From Mobula hypostoma (Eukaryota), in contig NC_086097.1 of assembly GCF_963921235.1 (NCBI RefSeq), positions 44,704,001-44,768,000 of the forward strand: a stretch of 64,000 nt of DNA, given 5' to 3'. The stretch's first letter is position 1; each line of letters begins with the position of its first letter. The notes below the pieces were generated by a model. That model saw only the letters and a program-made list of their open reading frames with translations. It did not search any database and had not been told where the DNA came from. The translations under genes were made by a program, and so were the position numbers. Positions 26,101-39,970 of this stretch are shown piece by piece.

Positions 26101-27091
26101 TTTCTCCAGAGCTGACTGTGATCCATTACCCCCAACACAATTTGCATTTCAATAATGGCTACATAATATAACCCCGCCTCCCCCCTACACTGAATGGATC
26201 ACTTTGCCATGTACTGTATCTGGTCATCCTTTCCTTTTACAATGGGATAAGTAAATGGTAAAAACCTTATAATTTGTTTGAATGAATGCATAAACTGGGT
26301 AAGTGCCTGTGGAAAAACAATGCACAATAGGTTTTGTTGCAGGTTTTTATTCAGATTCATTTTGTAATTTTTTTTATTAGAAGCCTTTGGTAGGTATTTA
26401 TAAAAGTATAAAACCAGAGGGAAGGGAGAAACCAGGGTGGCTCTGTACTGGAACTGCTACGGAGCTTTGGAAACCTGTTTTACCCGCCTTTTACCTCAAC
26501 GTTGACTGAATTTTCAAATGGTAGCTATTTTGTTCTGTTACCCAAGCCAACTGAAAGCAGATTAGGTTTGTTCCAAATGCTGTTTTATTTTTAAAGAAGA
26601 TATTGTCATCTATGAATAATTATTGAAAAACTCCAGAGCTTTTAGAATATTTTTTTCCTTGAAGCTTTTGGTATTTACTTCAGTTATATGTGCATTGCTT
26701 TAATTTTATTTTACCTTCTGGAGGATAATTGAAAAAATAAATCTTGCTTCCTGATGTTCTAATTACTAGAATTCTTCTGTGTAGTTGGTTGTTGAGTAAG
26801 GCTGATCACCTCACTTTTCTGGAAAGTGCAGGCAATAATCCTAACAGAGGTTAACTGATAATCCAGTTGTGTTAGAAAAGGGAAATCCCCACAACCAATC
26901 CACTGAATCTTTGTGTGTAGGTGTCACCTCTTCACTTGTCAACAGGGAATCCAGGATAATGTGTCTGAAAGTTTGTGTTATTGAATTGCTGTAGATCTAG
27001 ACTGCCTGTGCTTCATGATATACCATGCCTGAAGATTGCACCTGATGCCTGCCTCAAAGCGAAGTCAATCTAGTTGTCATACAAGATCCAT

Positions 27092-27555
27092 AAAACCATA
27101 AGAAAAGAATTAGGCCATTTGGCCCATTGAGTCTGGTCCTTTATTTTATCATGGGTGATCCATTTTCCTCTCAGCCCGAATTTTCTGCCTTCTCCCCATA
27201 TCCGTTCATGACCTGACTAATCAAGAATCTATCAATCTCTGCCTTCAATATACTTAAAGACTTGGCCTCCACAGCCACCTGTGCCAACGAATCCGACAGA
27301 TTCACCACTCTCTAGCTAAAGAAATTCCTCCTCATCTCCATTCTAAAAGGATGCCCCTCTACTCTCAGGCTGTGTCCTCTGGTCTTAGACTCCCCCACCA
27401 TAGGAAACACCCTCCTCCCATCCACAGGCCTTTCACCATTCGATAGGTTTCAATGAGGTCCTCCCTTATTTTTCTGAATTCCAATGAGTACAGGCTCAGG
27501 GTCATCAAATGCTCTTCATGTGACAAGCCTTTCAATCCCAGAAACATTTTCGTGA
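27092..27555 (-). mobile_element. CR1 3' fragment
   Basis: LSLYSLEFRKIREDLIETY motif and CR1-type 3' UTR. Confidence 0.85.
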
Positions 27556-27869
27556 AGGAGTGCATGCATAAACAGGTGCAGTGAAAAACTACTGCAGCAG
27601 CATCACTTAAATCAGATAAGCAGCATTTTACAAGAAAAATTTAAACAGAAGAAAGAACACAATTAGAATAGAGAGCAAAGTTCATTTTAGTGCCAAGTGG
27701 TCATTGTGTAGCCCTACTGTGGTAATCATGATTGTGCTCATTTCTTCAAGAACCAAATGGTTGAATGGAAGTAGCTGTTCTTGGACCTAGTGTCCTCCTC
27801 CCTGATGATAGCTGTGAGAAGGCAAACTTATTAGTGGGTTTTAGACACAATCCCAAGTTAACTTCGTCA

Positions 27870-28740
27870 GAATCAGGCTTAGTATCACCAGCACATCATG
27901 AAATTTGTTTTGCAGCAGCAGTACATCAGAATAGAGAAAAAAATTTGAATTAACAATATATATAATTGTTGACTAAGTAGAGCAAAAATAAAAATTTAAA
28001 AAAATGTTGTGAGGTAGTGTTCATGGGTTCAATGTCCATTTAGGAATCAGATGGCAGGGAGGAAGAAACTGTCCCTGAATCGCTTGGTGTGCGCCTTCAG
28101 GTTTCTGTACCTTCTGCCTGATGGTAGCAATGAGAAGAGGGCATGTCCTGGGTGATGGAGTCCTTAATGATGGATGCGGCCTTTTTGAGGCCTCACTCCT
28201 TGAAGATGTTCTGGATACTAAGGAGGCTAGTGCCCATGATGGAGCTGACTAAGTTTACAGCTCTCTGCAGCTTTTTTCAATCTTGTGCAGTAGCAACCCC
28301 CCCAACCCCCAGCCAAACAGTGATGTCAACAGTTGGAATACTCTCCACAGGACGTCTGTAGAAATGTCTTCGGTGTCATACCAAATCTCCTCAAACTCCA
28401 CTGTCACGCCTTCTTTGTAGCTGCATCAATACATTGCACCCACGGTAGACCCTCAGAGATATTTACACCCAGGAACTTGAAATTACTCACTCTTTCCACT
28501 TCTGATGCCTCTATGAGGACTGGTGTGTGTTCCTCGACTTCCTTTTCCTGGTCCACAATCAATTCCTCAGTTTTACTGATAATGAGTGCAAGGTTGTTGC
28601 TGTGACACCACTCAACTAGCAGATATATCTTGCTCTTGTACGCCCTCTCGTCACCATCTGAAATTCTGATGACAGTGGTTGTGTCATCAGCAAATATACA
28701 GATGGCATTTGAGCTGTGCCTAGCCACATTGTCATGGGTC
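27870..28740 (-). mobile_element. Rex1/Babar-like LINE 3' fragment
   Basis: THDNVARHSSNAICIFADDTT..SKTEELIVD..FKFLGVNIS; homologous to 15134-16080. Confidence 0.85.
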
Positions 28741-29532
28741 ATGTGAATAAACAGCAACCTATATGGGAAGGAACACAGCCTCCTCCCGAATTTCTTCTCA
28801 GTTGAACTCTAATACATAAATGATGCCTTGGCTTTAGTAGACTGTTTGCTATTGTTTGATATTGAATAGAAGAGGAATGTTACTGTATTCTTGCTCTCTG
28901 TGCAGAGTGCCCTGTTTTTCCTTTCTTCATCATGCATGTTAGTAACCCATCGTATCAAATGAAACTGCAAATTTATTACTCCAAGTGAATGATTGTAGAA
29001 TAATTTACAGAATAACAGAGAATGGTTTTGAGCTCACCATGGTAAATAAAGTATTGGAATATTCATTTACTATATTTATATCTCTTTTGTTTTACTGCTT
29101 GTAAACTGGTTGCTGATTTTGCAGTGAATGTATTATTTGTAGAAAGAGATTCTAATTTCTCCATTTTTGTATTTCTTTTTCTTGTTTGTGCGATGATATT
29201 GAAGGTCAAGTGCCTTTCCTGAACATTTGTAGAAGGTATTCAGCACTGAAAGGACTGATTAACAATTCATGCTCATTGATTGCAGTGTAATAAATCCTAC
29301 ATCCAATGAAAGTTTTATCATTTGCTACAATATTTCTGAGCTGCGTCATGTACCAATACAGAAAAGATTATTTATCTGTTTAACCTGTCACTAATACATC
29401 ACCAGCAATATACTGTAAACACAATGGCCACTTTTTTAGGTACAGGAGTGGAACCACTGTGGTCTTCTGCTGCTGTAGCCCATCCATTTCAAGGTTCAAT
29501 GTGTTGTGTGTTCAGAGATGCTCTTCTGCAAA

Positions 29533-32183
29533 ATATCAAGGAGCAGATAGGGAGACAGATTCTGGAACAATGTAATAGTAACAGGGTTGTTGTGATGGGA
29601 GATTTTAATTTCCCCAGTACTAATTGGCATCTCCCCAGAGCAAGGGGTTTAGATGGGTGGAGTTTGTTAGGTGCGTTCAGGAAGGTCTCCTGACACAATA
29701 TGTAGATAAACCTATAAGAGGAGAGGCTGTACTTGATCTGGTATTGGGAAATGAACCTGGTCAGGTGTCAGGTCTCTCAGTGGGAGAGCATTTTGGAGAT
29801 AGTGATCACAATTCTATTTCCTTTACCATAGCTTTGGAGAGGGTTAAGAACAGGCAAGTTAGGAAAGCATTTAATTGGAGTAAGGGGAAATATGAAGCTA
29901 TCAGGCAGGAAGTTGGAAGCAAAAATTGGGAAAAGGTGTTCTCACGGAAATGTATGGCAGAAATGTGGCAAATGTTCAGGGGATATTTGCGTGGCATTCT
30001 GCATAGGTATGTTCCAATGAGGATGGTAGGGTACAGGAACCATGGTGTACAAAGGATATTGAAAATCTGGTCAAGAGGAAAAGAAAAGCTTACGAAAGGT
30101 TCAAAAAACTAGGTAATGATAGAGATCTAGAAAATTATAAGGTTAGCAGGAAGGAACTTAAGAATGAAATTAGGAGAGCCAGAAGGGGCCATGAGAAGAC
30201 CTTGGTGAGCAGGATTAAGGAAAACCCCAAGGTATTCTTCAAGTATGTGAAGAGCAAGAGGATAAGACGTAAGAGAATGGGACCAATCAAGTGTGACAGT
30301 GGAAAAGTATGTATGGAACCGGAGGAGATAGCGGAGGTACTTAATGAATACTTTGCTTAAATATTCGCTACAGAAAAGGACCTTGGCGATTGTAGGGATG
30401 ACTTACAGCGGACTGAAAAGCTTGAGCATGTGGATTTAAAAAAAGAAGACGTGCTGGAGCTTTTGGAAAGCATCAAGTTGGATAAGTCACCGAGACCAGA
30501 TGAGATGTACCCCAGGCTACTGTGGGAGGTGAGGGAGGAGATTGCTGAGCCTCTGGCAATGATCTTTGCATCATCAATGGGGACAGTTGAGGTTCTGGAG
30601 GATTAGAGGGTTGCAGATGTTGTTCCCTTATTCAAGAAAGGGAGTAGAGATAGCCCAAGAAATTATAGACCAGTGAGTCTTATTCATTGGTTGGTAAGTT
30701 GATGGAGAAGATCCTGAGAGGCAGGATTTATGAGAGGCATAATATGATTAGGAATAGTCAGCATGTTTTTGTCAAAGGCAAGTCATGCCTTACGAGCCTG
30801 ATTGATTTTTTTGAGGATGTGACTAAACACATTGAAGGTAGAGCAGTAGATGTAGTGTATATGGAATTCAGCAAAGCATTTTTAAGGTACCCCATGCAAG
30901 GCTTATTGAGAAAGTAAGGAGGCATGGGATCCAAGGAGAACTTGCTTTGTGGATCCAGAATTGGCTTGCCCACAGAAGGCAAAGGGTGGTTGTAGGCGGG
31001 TCATATTCTGCATGGAAGTTGGTGACCAGTGGTGTGCCTCAGGGATCTGTTCTGGGACCCCTTCTCTTCGTGACTTTTATAAATGACCTGGATGAGGAAG
31101 TGGAGGGATGGGTTAGTAAATTTACTGATGACACAAAGGTTGGGGGTGTTGTGGATAGTGTGGAGGGCTGTCAGAGGTTACAGCGGGACATTGATAGGGT
31201 GCAAAAGTGGGCTGAGAAGTGGCAGATGGAGTTCAACCCATGTAAGTGTGAGGTGGTTCATTTTGGTAGGTCAAATATGATGGCAGAATGTAGTATTAGT
31301 AGTCATAGTCATACTTTATTGATCCCGTGGGAAATTGGTTTTCGTTACAGTTGCAGCATAAATAATAAATAGTAATAGAACCATAAATAGTTAAATAGTA
31401 ATATTTAAATTATGCCAGTAAATTATGAAATAAATCCGGGACCAGCCTATCGGCTCATTAATAGTAATACCCTTGGCAGTTTGGAGGATCAGAGGGATAT
31501 TGGGGTCGGAGTCCATAGGACACTCAAAGCAGGTTGACTCTGTGGTTAAGAAGGCATACGGTGTATTGGCCTTCATCCACTGTGGGATTGAGTTCAAGAG
31601 CTGGTAGGTAATGTTGCAGCTATATAGGACCCTGGTCAGACCTCACTTGGAGTACTGTGCTCAATTCTGGTCACCTCACTACAGGAAGGATGTGGAAACT
31701 ATAGAAAGGGTGCAGAGGAGATTTACAAGGATGTTGCCTGGATTGGGGGGCATGCTTTATGAGAATAAGGTGAGTGAACTTGGCCTTTTATCCTTGGAGC
31801 GATGGAGGATGAGAGGTGACCTGATAGAGGTGTACAAGATGATGAGAGGAATTGATCGTGTGGATAGCCAGAGGCTTTTCCCCAGGGCTGAAATGGTTAG
31901 CATGAGAGGGCACAGTTTTAAGGTGCTTTGAAGTAGGTACAGAGGGGATGCCAGGGGTAAGTTTTTTACACAGAGAGTGGTGAGTGCGTGGAGTGGGCTG
32001 CCGGTGACGGTGGTGGAGGTGGATATGATGGAGTCTTTTAACAGACTGCTGGACAGGTACATGGAAATTAAAAAAAACAGAGGGCTATGGGTGACCCTAG
32101 GTAATTTCTAAAGTAAGTACATGTTCGGCACAGCATTGTGGGCCAAAGGGCCTGTATTGTGCTATAGGTTTTCTATGTTTCTA
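29533..32183 (+). mobile_element. 5'-truncated CR1 (subfamily B), disrupted ORF2
   Basis: Closely similar to 21710-24223; GVPQGSVLGP, FTDD; TTCTATGTTTCTA tail. Confidence 0.95.
31299..31456 (-). mobile_element. 158-bp retroposed 3' tail (LINE/SINE) inserted into CR1
   Basis: Absent from the sister CR1 at ~23498; flanked by ATTA; minus strand ends AATAAAGTATGACTATGACT. Confidence 0.7.
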
Positions 32184-32947
32184 AAACACTGTTGTAATAT
32201 GTGGTTATTAAAGTGACTGTCACCTTCCTGTCAGTGAGAAACGGTCTGGCCTTTCTCCTCTGACCTCTCTCAGTAACAAGGTGTTTTAACCCACAGCACT
32301 GCCACTGACTGGATGTTGTTATTTTGTTTTTTTGCACCATTCTCTGTAAACTCTAGAGACTGTTTGGCATGAAAATCCCAGGAGATCAGCAGTTTCTGAG
32401 ATACTCAAACCACCCCATCTGGCACCAACAATCATTCCAATGTCAACGTCGCTTAGATCATATTTCAAAGTTCAAAGTAAAATTTATTATCAGACTACAT
32501 ATATGTCACACATACAACTTAGATTATTTTTTCTGCCGGCATACTGAGCAAATCTACAGAACAGTAGCTCTAACAAACTGTGCAAAAACAAATTTAAATT
32601 TAATGCAGCCAGTCAGTACACATTCCACCACACGTCCATAGAAGTTTGTCAAATTTTTTGATGACATGCTGAGTCTCCACAGGCTCCTGAGGAAGTAGAG
32701 GCATTGTCACGCTTTCTTCACATTTACATTTCTCCCCGCATTCTGAACAACAACTGAACCTCTTGACCATGCTTTTGTACACTGGATTGCTGCCACTTGA
32801 TTGGCTGGTTGGATATTTGCATTTACAAGCAGGCTTACAGGTGTACCTAATAAACTGGAGACTGAGTGTACATACTGAGTTGATTGAAATTAAATTTTCA
32901 GCTTAAATGTTTCATTTCATTTAACTGATCTTTTGTTGCTCCTGCAG

Positions 32948-33091
32948 GTGAAAGAGATTGCTCCTGAGTACTATGAGAACCTACCCCAGCACACATCCTG
33001 GGTCCGTGTGCTTTGGGACTTCGTTTTTGATGACAGCATTGGTCCATACTCCAGGATTAAAAGGGAGTGCAAGCTTGTGAAAGATGATTGA
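32948..33091 (+). CDS. DEGS2: Last coding exon of sphingolipid delta(4)-desaturase/C4-monooxygenase DES2
   Basis: Acceptor 'ttttgttgctcctgcag|GTG'; translates [47 protein letters not shown]. As recalled, this is closer to the DEGS2 C-terminus ([31 protein letters not shown]) than to DEGS1 ([26 protein letters not shown]). Confidence 0.93.
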   Translation: MKEIAPEYYENLPQHTSWVRVLWDFVFDDSIGPYSRIKRECKLVKDD

Positions 33092-36000
33092 GGGGAACAG
33101 AAATAGAGAAGAAAATCCTGTAATTCCTGGCAATCAGAAATGAAAGTAAAAAAAAAATCTGAAATAAATTAGCTTCAACCATTACGTGAAAAGTCATGTC
33201 AACAATTAGACTCAATATTTACATGAACTAGCAGTTCTTTTAATATTCAAGTTAAATAATCTGCTGTACGGTGTCACAAAACTATGATATTAAATAAGGT
33301 CATTAAATTACAATTATTTTTAGCACCATTCAAAATAATTCTGATTCTGACCCAGTTGTTGAGCCTGTATTTTGTTGAAGCACTAAAATATTTTAGGTCC
33401 ATTTTTTTTATTTTGGGAAAACTTTGGCTTTACACCAATATTGAATCAAGATGTGAACAGACTCCAAAATGAAACAGAATTCTGCTCACCCCTGAGTAGT
33501 GTCCTCTGTGATTCTGAGGTGAGGCTTGGTTTGTACTGCAACATTGCTGTGAACTGATAATAACGCTACAAATCTTGTGCAGATGCACTGTTAGACAATG
33601 AAATAACATTTTTCAGTTGAGGTATACACGCTGGCCGACTCATGTGTTATTTGAATAAAGTTGCCCTAGAAAGGGGAGTTGCTTTATTACTGCAATATCA
33701 AACCCTGTCTTTTCTCTCTCATAAAACCACCAAGTCCAAAGAGTCGCATAATCAGATTGGGTCAATTTATCTTTATTGAATATATCAACGTGGTGTTCAT
33801 TGCATTCACTGAGGTCCATTAATATATGAATAACTCATTCTCCACAGCGAAAATAATTAACATTAGGCTTTAGAAATTTGTTGCATTTACTAATACCTGC
33901 AATTTTAAAAAAACTGCAGTAAATTGGTAGCAGTTAAAGTAGTGTGAAAAAAATGTGGTGGCCATTTGTTATTCTACAGTCATAATGCATTTAGGAGTGA
34001 TTATCTGTACTGAAGATGCTGATAATCTGGAATGCCTCCACTCCTACTTTTAAAATACTCATGTCCAGTTAACATAAATGAGGATCTGTAGTTTTACAGA
34101 TTCTCTGTATGCGAAAGAAATTTAAAGTGCATATTTCTTGTCACTAAACCACCACCTTTTGCTCTCGCGAGTATCTTAATAACTAAATTACGTTTATAAG
34201 CATCTGGTCCTTTGCAAAAAGAAAATGGATCACCTAACTCTACTCTGTTCCCGGAGTTTTAAGGAGCATAAGCTTGTGCACAGATTTAGATGTGAAGGTC
34301 CAGTTATTTTTCATAGGCTCCAAAACCAAATTTAATTTAAATATCATAGATGAAGTAATCATTGGAATTTGCTTGAGTTATTACAAAATATGCAATCAGA
34401 TTCAGCTGAAATTTCACTCCTTTCACTACCATCAGATAATGAGATTTCTCTTGATACTGCTTTCACAGATAAAATTATGTTAGTGGAGATAGATTGGCTA
34501 AATTGTTTTTAAAGCGGTAATTTATTTCACTAACAAATAGCAGTGCAAATATAGACTTTGACAGTAGCTTTGTAGAACATTTCATTATGCCTAAATACAC
34601 GTGTATATGAAGTTTGTAATCAAAACAGAACTTGAACTGACCTACTTGTGTGTGTAATTTTATTTTACATTTCGCTCAGCGAGAAAGAACTTTTTATGAC
34701 AACAATATTAGTGACTGAAGCTTTGACAGTTAGAGTCTGAATGATAATGCTTCAGCATGTTCCGATGCATTTTGTTTCTTTTTGATAGTAATTTATTGCA
34801 ATAATGACACTTCAAGCTATCTTTTTGTCTGTGGGGGGAGGCGGGGGGTGACTTTGAGATGTATGAATATATGAGCAGTGGATTTCTACCTTAATTATGT
34901 AGACCTTGGGAAAATACTGCTGCCTCAGGTCAGTCTTAACCTACGTATTTCATGGGTCAGTTTCAGTTTGTTCTAAAAGACACTGTGGTGTTCTGGTGTT
35001 CTGATGTCATGAGGGCAGCATGCATTTCTTTGTATGGTACAGGTCGGGTAGCTCTTCCTTGATCAGCAAAGATATGATGGGCCAAACGACTCCTCCTGCT
35101 TTGTAAGTTAGCTGTGGTCCTAAGTTGTTGTACTTTGTTCATATGTATGTGTTTATAAGATTGGTCTGCATTTATCTATCATGCCTGATGATCCTTGCTG
35201 GTGAGGGTGAACTGAAAGTGGAAAAGTGTGTGTCATAAGTAGTGAGAATTAAATATATCCAAGTCAGAAGAAAGATTTCATAAATTGCAGCTAAGAAATG
35301 AGACAGCAGAAATGTTTTAGTATGTTAGTGGACTATTATCCCACCAGCAGCCTTGTAGAAGTATCTTTTTGTAGCTCTGGTCACAGCAAGCTGGTCTTAC
35401 TTTTAAAATTGCTCTGTGGGTGGATAACATAGAAGTCTTTGTGCTCTGATCAATTGCTGATGAGTTGCATCAATGGCAGCTATGGAATCAGACCTTGACC
35501 TACCAAGCATTTGGTACTTTCTCATATCCTTGCGTAGAAAGTAAACAGCTTATCCCACGATGAATGTATGTCACTTCCTGTTCTATTTAGTACATTAGGT
35601 AGGTTAAGGATTGTTAAAATTGCAGTTACAGTGGGTTAATGTGAATGCAATTAATAAAGGTTTAAACAATAATGCAGTGAAGCAAGACAAACCATTATGT
35701 AAATTCTGATCAGTTATGTAATTAAGAGCAGAATGCTCCCCTGAATAAAAGGAGTTTGAATATTGTTTGCTTTAATAGTTTCAAATGCCAGAGAAGTGTT
35801 TACATTACAATATGAGGAGTAAATTACAGCTTTTTTTTAAAGAGCTGAGTGGTGAAAGGATTGGATTCAATCTGCTGGAAGGGCCCTTTTTTCTCTCATT
35901 TGTGACTTCCTTGGTGTAGATAAATCATTCATTGGACATGATTTGAGCCCTAAATTATTCCTAAATGAATACACCGATTGTCTCATTCAGAAGAGTCATT

Positions 36001-37400
36001 GCTGTTTATGTAGGCAGCCCGTGTCACAGGTAATGAGAACTAGAAGGATTATTTTGCAAATTGCTGCTCCACATCCCAGGAAAACTGAACAGCCAGAAAT
36101 GTCAACATTGTTTTATTAATATGCTAACTGACTGCTATACTATTTTTAGCCTTGACGAAGACTACAGTAGTCCTGGCTATTTGAAGCTTGACTTGAGTTT
36201 CAATACCCAAGGTTGACTGATACATTAATTAGAGTTGTTCTAGCATTTGAGAGAATGTTTCTGAAAGTGAATAATATGTGGCTCTTCAATAAACAAAAGA
36301 GAATACACTCCAGAACAGAATTAATAGGCCATCACATTAGTACAGGCTAGCTCTTCTGGGTTAGTGGTATAACAAAGGTAAAATTCATTTTGCAGCTAAA
36401 TCTGAGGCAATGTGATAAATAGAGATGGCAAATAGCAGAAATAAACATTGCTAAGGCCCGGTAGATAAATATGCACTCTATAACTTACACACAGAAATAA
36501 AATTATTTTAGATGGTTTAGCTAGTGTGAAGAAAGAATGGTGTATATTTATGTTCTCTGACACAGCATCGATACCCCTCAGACTGAGTGGCATGCAAATT
36601 TATCACATTAAAAATAAAAGCTTTCCTATCCCCCAGAACCTGCTAGTTAATGTAAATGGCTACATTCAGGGATAATTTAATTGAGCTCTTCATTTCATGA
36701 TGAATTAGCTGAGCTTTGATTTTAATGGCATCTCAACTTTCCAAACAGATTATTTTCTTACCATCTTTCTCACTGATTCAGTTGCATAGCTACAAAATTC
36801 TGTACTCGAGGTAAAGAATTACTTATATGATGTGGTTGATACCCATAATGAGGTCCAAACTCGCGATAAATCAATTAAAATAGTGTGATTACTGGTTGTC
36901 AATAAGGATACAGTGGTAAAATGTTTTAAGAAATCAATTTGTTTCCTAAATAATTATGCTATGACAATACTGGAAGATCCTAATCCAGTCTGCTTGAAAT
37001 ATTATTGTTTATTTGCCTGACTTTAGGATTGATGAAGATTAGGCTTTTACTTAGTAGAACTGTCTGCATACGTAAATAGATACAAGATTTAGCCTTGATC
37101 AGCTATGGTTATTTGTGTCAAGTCTTGACCAGCCTATTAAATGGAGCATTTCATTTAAGAAAATTAAATTTGTTCTCTTAGTCACTTTTGGAGCAGATTA
37201 TGTGGAAATATTTTTGAGTATGTTTTTCCTATCATGTAAATACTATTTCTAAAAACTGCTTTGCTGATATTAAAATGTGATTTCTCTTTAAAGTTAGGAT
37301 GTTTCTTTAAAATTTCTTTTGGAAATTACATAAATAAAGACTTTCAGTACTATTTAATTTGAAAGTTTTAAAATTAAAGTTGAATTTCAAATAAAATTGA
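33092..37400 (+). other. DEGS2: Probable long 3' UTR of DEGS2
   Basis: Directly after the stop codon; almost repeat-free; several AATAAA (e.g. ~33654, ~35653, ~36613, ~37333, ~37389); AT-rich distal end. True end uncertain. Confidence 0.55.
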
Positions 37401-38199
37401 GTGCAAATTGTTTACAGAATGAGTTGTCTTGTGTATTAAATATTACTTCTGCACGTGGCGAATGGATAATTAGGGAATCCACCTGGACCTTGCACGTTTA
37501 CTCCTGCATTTGCAGCTGTACAATTTAAAGTTATCATTTAATATAATCAATACTTGTGTTTTGTGTACTGAATCACAATGTACTTGGATTAATATTCTAG
37601 CAGTGGATATTTACAACAGTAATCATTCTCTTATCTGCTTAACTTCCCGCTTTGCAACGTTCTGTAACTGGAACTTTCAACATCCTGCAATAAAGAACCT
37701 TCTGTTGAAAACCAGTCCAAGAACAAATTCAGTCATCCAACATTCTGTTTGACCGGTAGCATGCCTCTCCGCCCTCAGCACTTAACAGCTATGATGTACA
37801 CAGCTAGAGCTCAAAGCCTTCTTTGACAGCATCTGCCAAACTTGCAAATTCTGCCATCTAGAAGGACAGAGCAGTAGATGGGTGCAAATACGTTGTCTGT
37901 AAATCCAACATCCTGACTTGGAAAAGTAGTGAAACCATCCACTGGTATTATTTTAAATTCTTATTTGTTTTAATAGCACATTGGGAGTTTCTTCACCATT
38001 TTGACTGTTTCATTTTAGAGAAAGTTTCTCAAGATTAATTAAGAAATAGCTGATGTAGTGCGCTGGCTTGATCTCGATGATCGTAACGAATGATACGGAA
38101 GACTTGAGGGACCGCCTGTTCTATTCCTGCTCCCATTAGTTTTTAATTAGGAGTGCACATTAAATGCTGACTTTACCAATAATGCTTACATTCCAGGAG

Positions 38200-38760
38200 T
38201 GAACAAAATAACCATACAACAACATTCAGCATCTGTTTTCTGCCTGCGGGGAATTCACTTCATTTTCAGGTGCCTATCTAAAAGCCTCTTAAACGCAATG
38301 ATCATATCTGCTTCCATCGCCCCTGGAAGCCCATTCCATGAAGCTAGTGCATTATGTGTGAACAAAAGTAAAACTTGTTCAACACATCTTTAAATTCCCA
38401 CTCCACTCCCCCCGCCCCCCCCCATTCCTCACTCTACTGTAACACCCTCTAATATTTGACATTTTCACCATGGGAAAAAGATTCCAGCTGTGCCTCTCAT
38501 TGATGCATCTTTATATAATTTTATAAACTTCTATGAGGTCTCCTTATGGCCTCCAACACTTGAAAGAGAACAGCCACTGTTTGTCCTACCTCTCCTTATA
38601 GTGCATACTCTCTCATCTTAGCATATCCTGGTAAACCTCTTTTGCACCCTCTCCAGAGCTTCCACATCTTTCCTGTAATGAGCCGAACCAAAGTTCTATA
38701 TAGCTGTAGCACGACTTCCTGACATTCATACTTAATACCCTGACTGATTAAGGCAAACAT
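38200..38760 (-). mobile_element. Old CR1 3' fragment
   Basis: AFGMFALISQGIKY..VVLQLYRTLVR motif. Confidence 0.7.
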
Positions 38761-38849
38761 GCCGAATGCCTCTTTGCTGTTCTGTGTTCCCACTTCCAGG
38801 GAGTTACGGACCGTACCGTACACCAATGCTTTTTGCGTTAGTAGTAGAA

Positions 38850-39970
38850 GCATGGAGTTCACAGCCAGGCATGGAGCCGATGTGCAGGACTGCAAGAGGC
38901 TGCAGTGGCTGCAGATTCAGCCGGGCACAACACTCCCAACCATCGAGGACCTCTTCAAGAGGCTGTGCCTCAAGACGCTGGCATCCACCATTAAGGACCC
39001 TCAACATCCAGCACATGCCCTCTTCTTGTTACTACCATTGGGAATGAAGTAAACATAGAAAACATAGAAAATAGGTGCAGGAGTAGGCCATTCGGCCCTT
39101 CGAGCCTGCACCGCCATTTATTATGATCATGGCTGATCATCCAACTCAGAACCCCGCCCCAGCCTTCCCTCCACACCCCCTGACCCCTGTAGCCACAAGG
39201 GCCATATCTAACTCCCTCTTAAACATAGCCAATGAACTGGCCTCAACAGTTTGCTGTGGCAGAGAATTCCACAGATTCACCACTCTCTGTGTGAAGAAGT
39301 TTTTCCTAATCTCGGTCCTAAAAGGCTTCCCCTTTATCCTCAAACTGTGACCCCTCGTTCTGGACTTCCCCAACATCGGGAACAATTTTCCTGCATCTAG
39401 CCTGTCCAATCCCTTTAGGATCTTATACGTTTCAATCAGATCCCCCCTCAATCTTCTAAGTTCCAACGAGTACAAGCCCAGTTCATCCAGTCTTTCTTCA
39501 TATGAAAGTCCTGCCATCCCAGGAATCAATCTAGTGAACCTTCTTTGTACTCCCTCTATGGCAAAGATGTCTTTCCTCAGATTAGGGGACCAAAACTGCA
39601 CACAATACTCCAGGTGTGGTCTCACCAAGGCCTTGTACAACTGCAGTAGTACCTCCCTGTTCCTGTACTCAAATCCTCTCGCTATAAATGCCAGCATACC
39701 ATTCGCCTTTTTCACCGCCTGCTGTACCTGCATGCCCACTTTCAATGACTGGTGTATAATGACACCCAGGTCTCGTTGCAAATGACTTGCAATAAAGGAG
39801 CCCGAACACCCATAGTCAACGATTCAGGAACAGCTTCTTCCCTTCCGGTCCATGAACACTACCTCATTATTCCATCCTGTTGGTACAATTTATTTATTTG
39901 TGTAATTTATAGATTTTTGTCATTGCACTGCACTTTCATCATATGTCAGTGATAATATATCTAATTCTGA
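38850..39970 (+). mobile_element. Rex1/Babar-like 3' fragment interrupted by CR1
   Basis: IKDPQHPAHALFLLLPLG before 39050; resumes 'aggagcccgaacacc..ttcaggaacagcttcttcc' after ~39795. Confidence 0.75.
39051..39781 (-). mobile_element. CR1 (subfamily A) 3' 0.7 kb
   Basis: Uninterrupted 211-aa ORF2 C-terminus; (AACATAGA) tail. Confidence 0.95.

Larger units (their letters stand above)
29420..32868. mobile_element. Tc1/mariner-like MITE expanded by nested insertions
   Basis: TIRs 'cacaatggccacttttttaggtaca' / 'tgtacctaataaactggagactgagtg'+TA; internal halves match the uninterrupted copy at 55267-55776. Confidence 0.8.
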
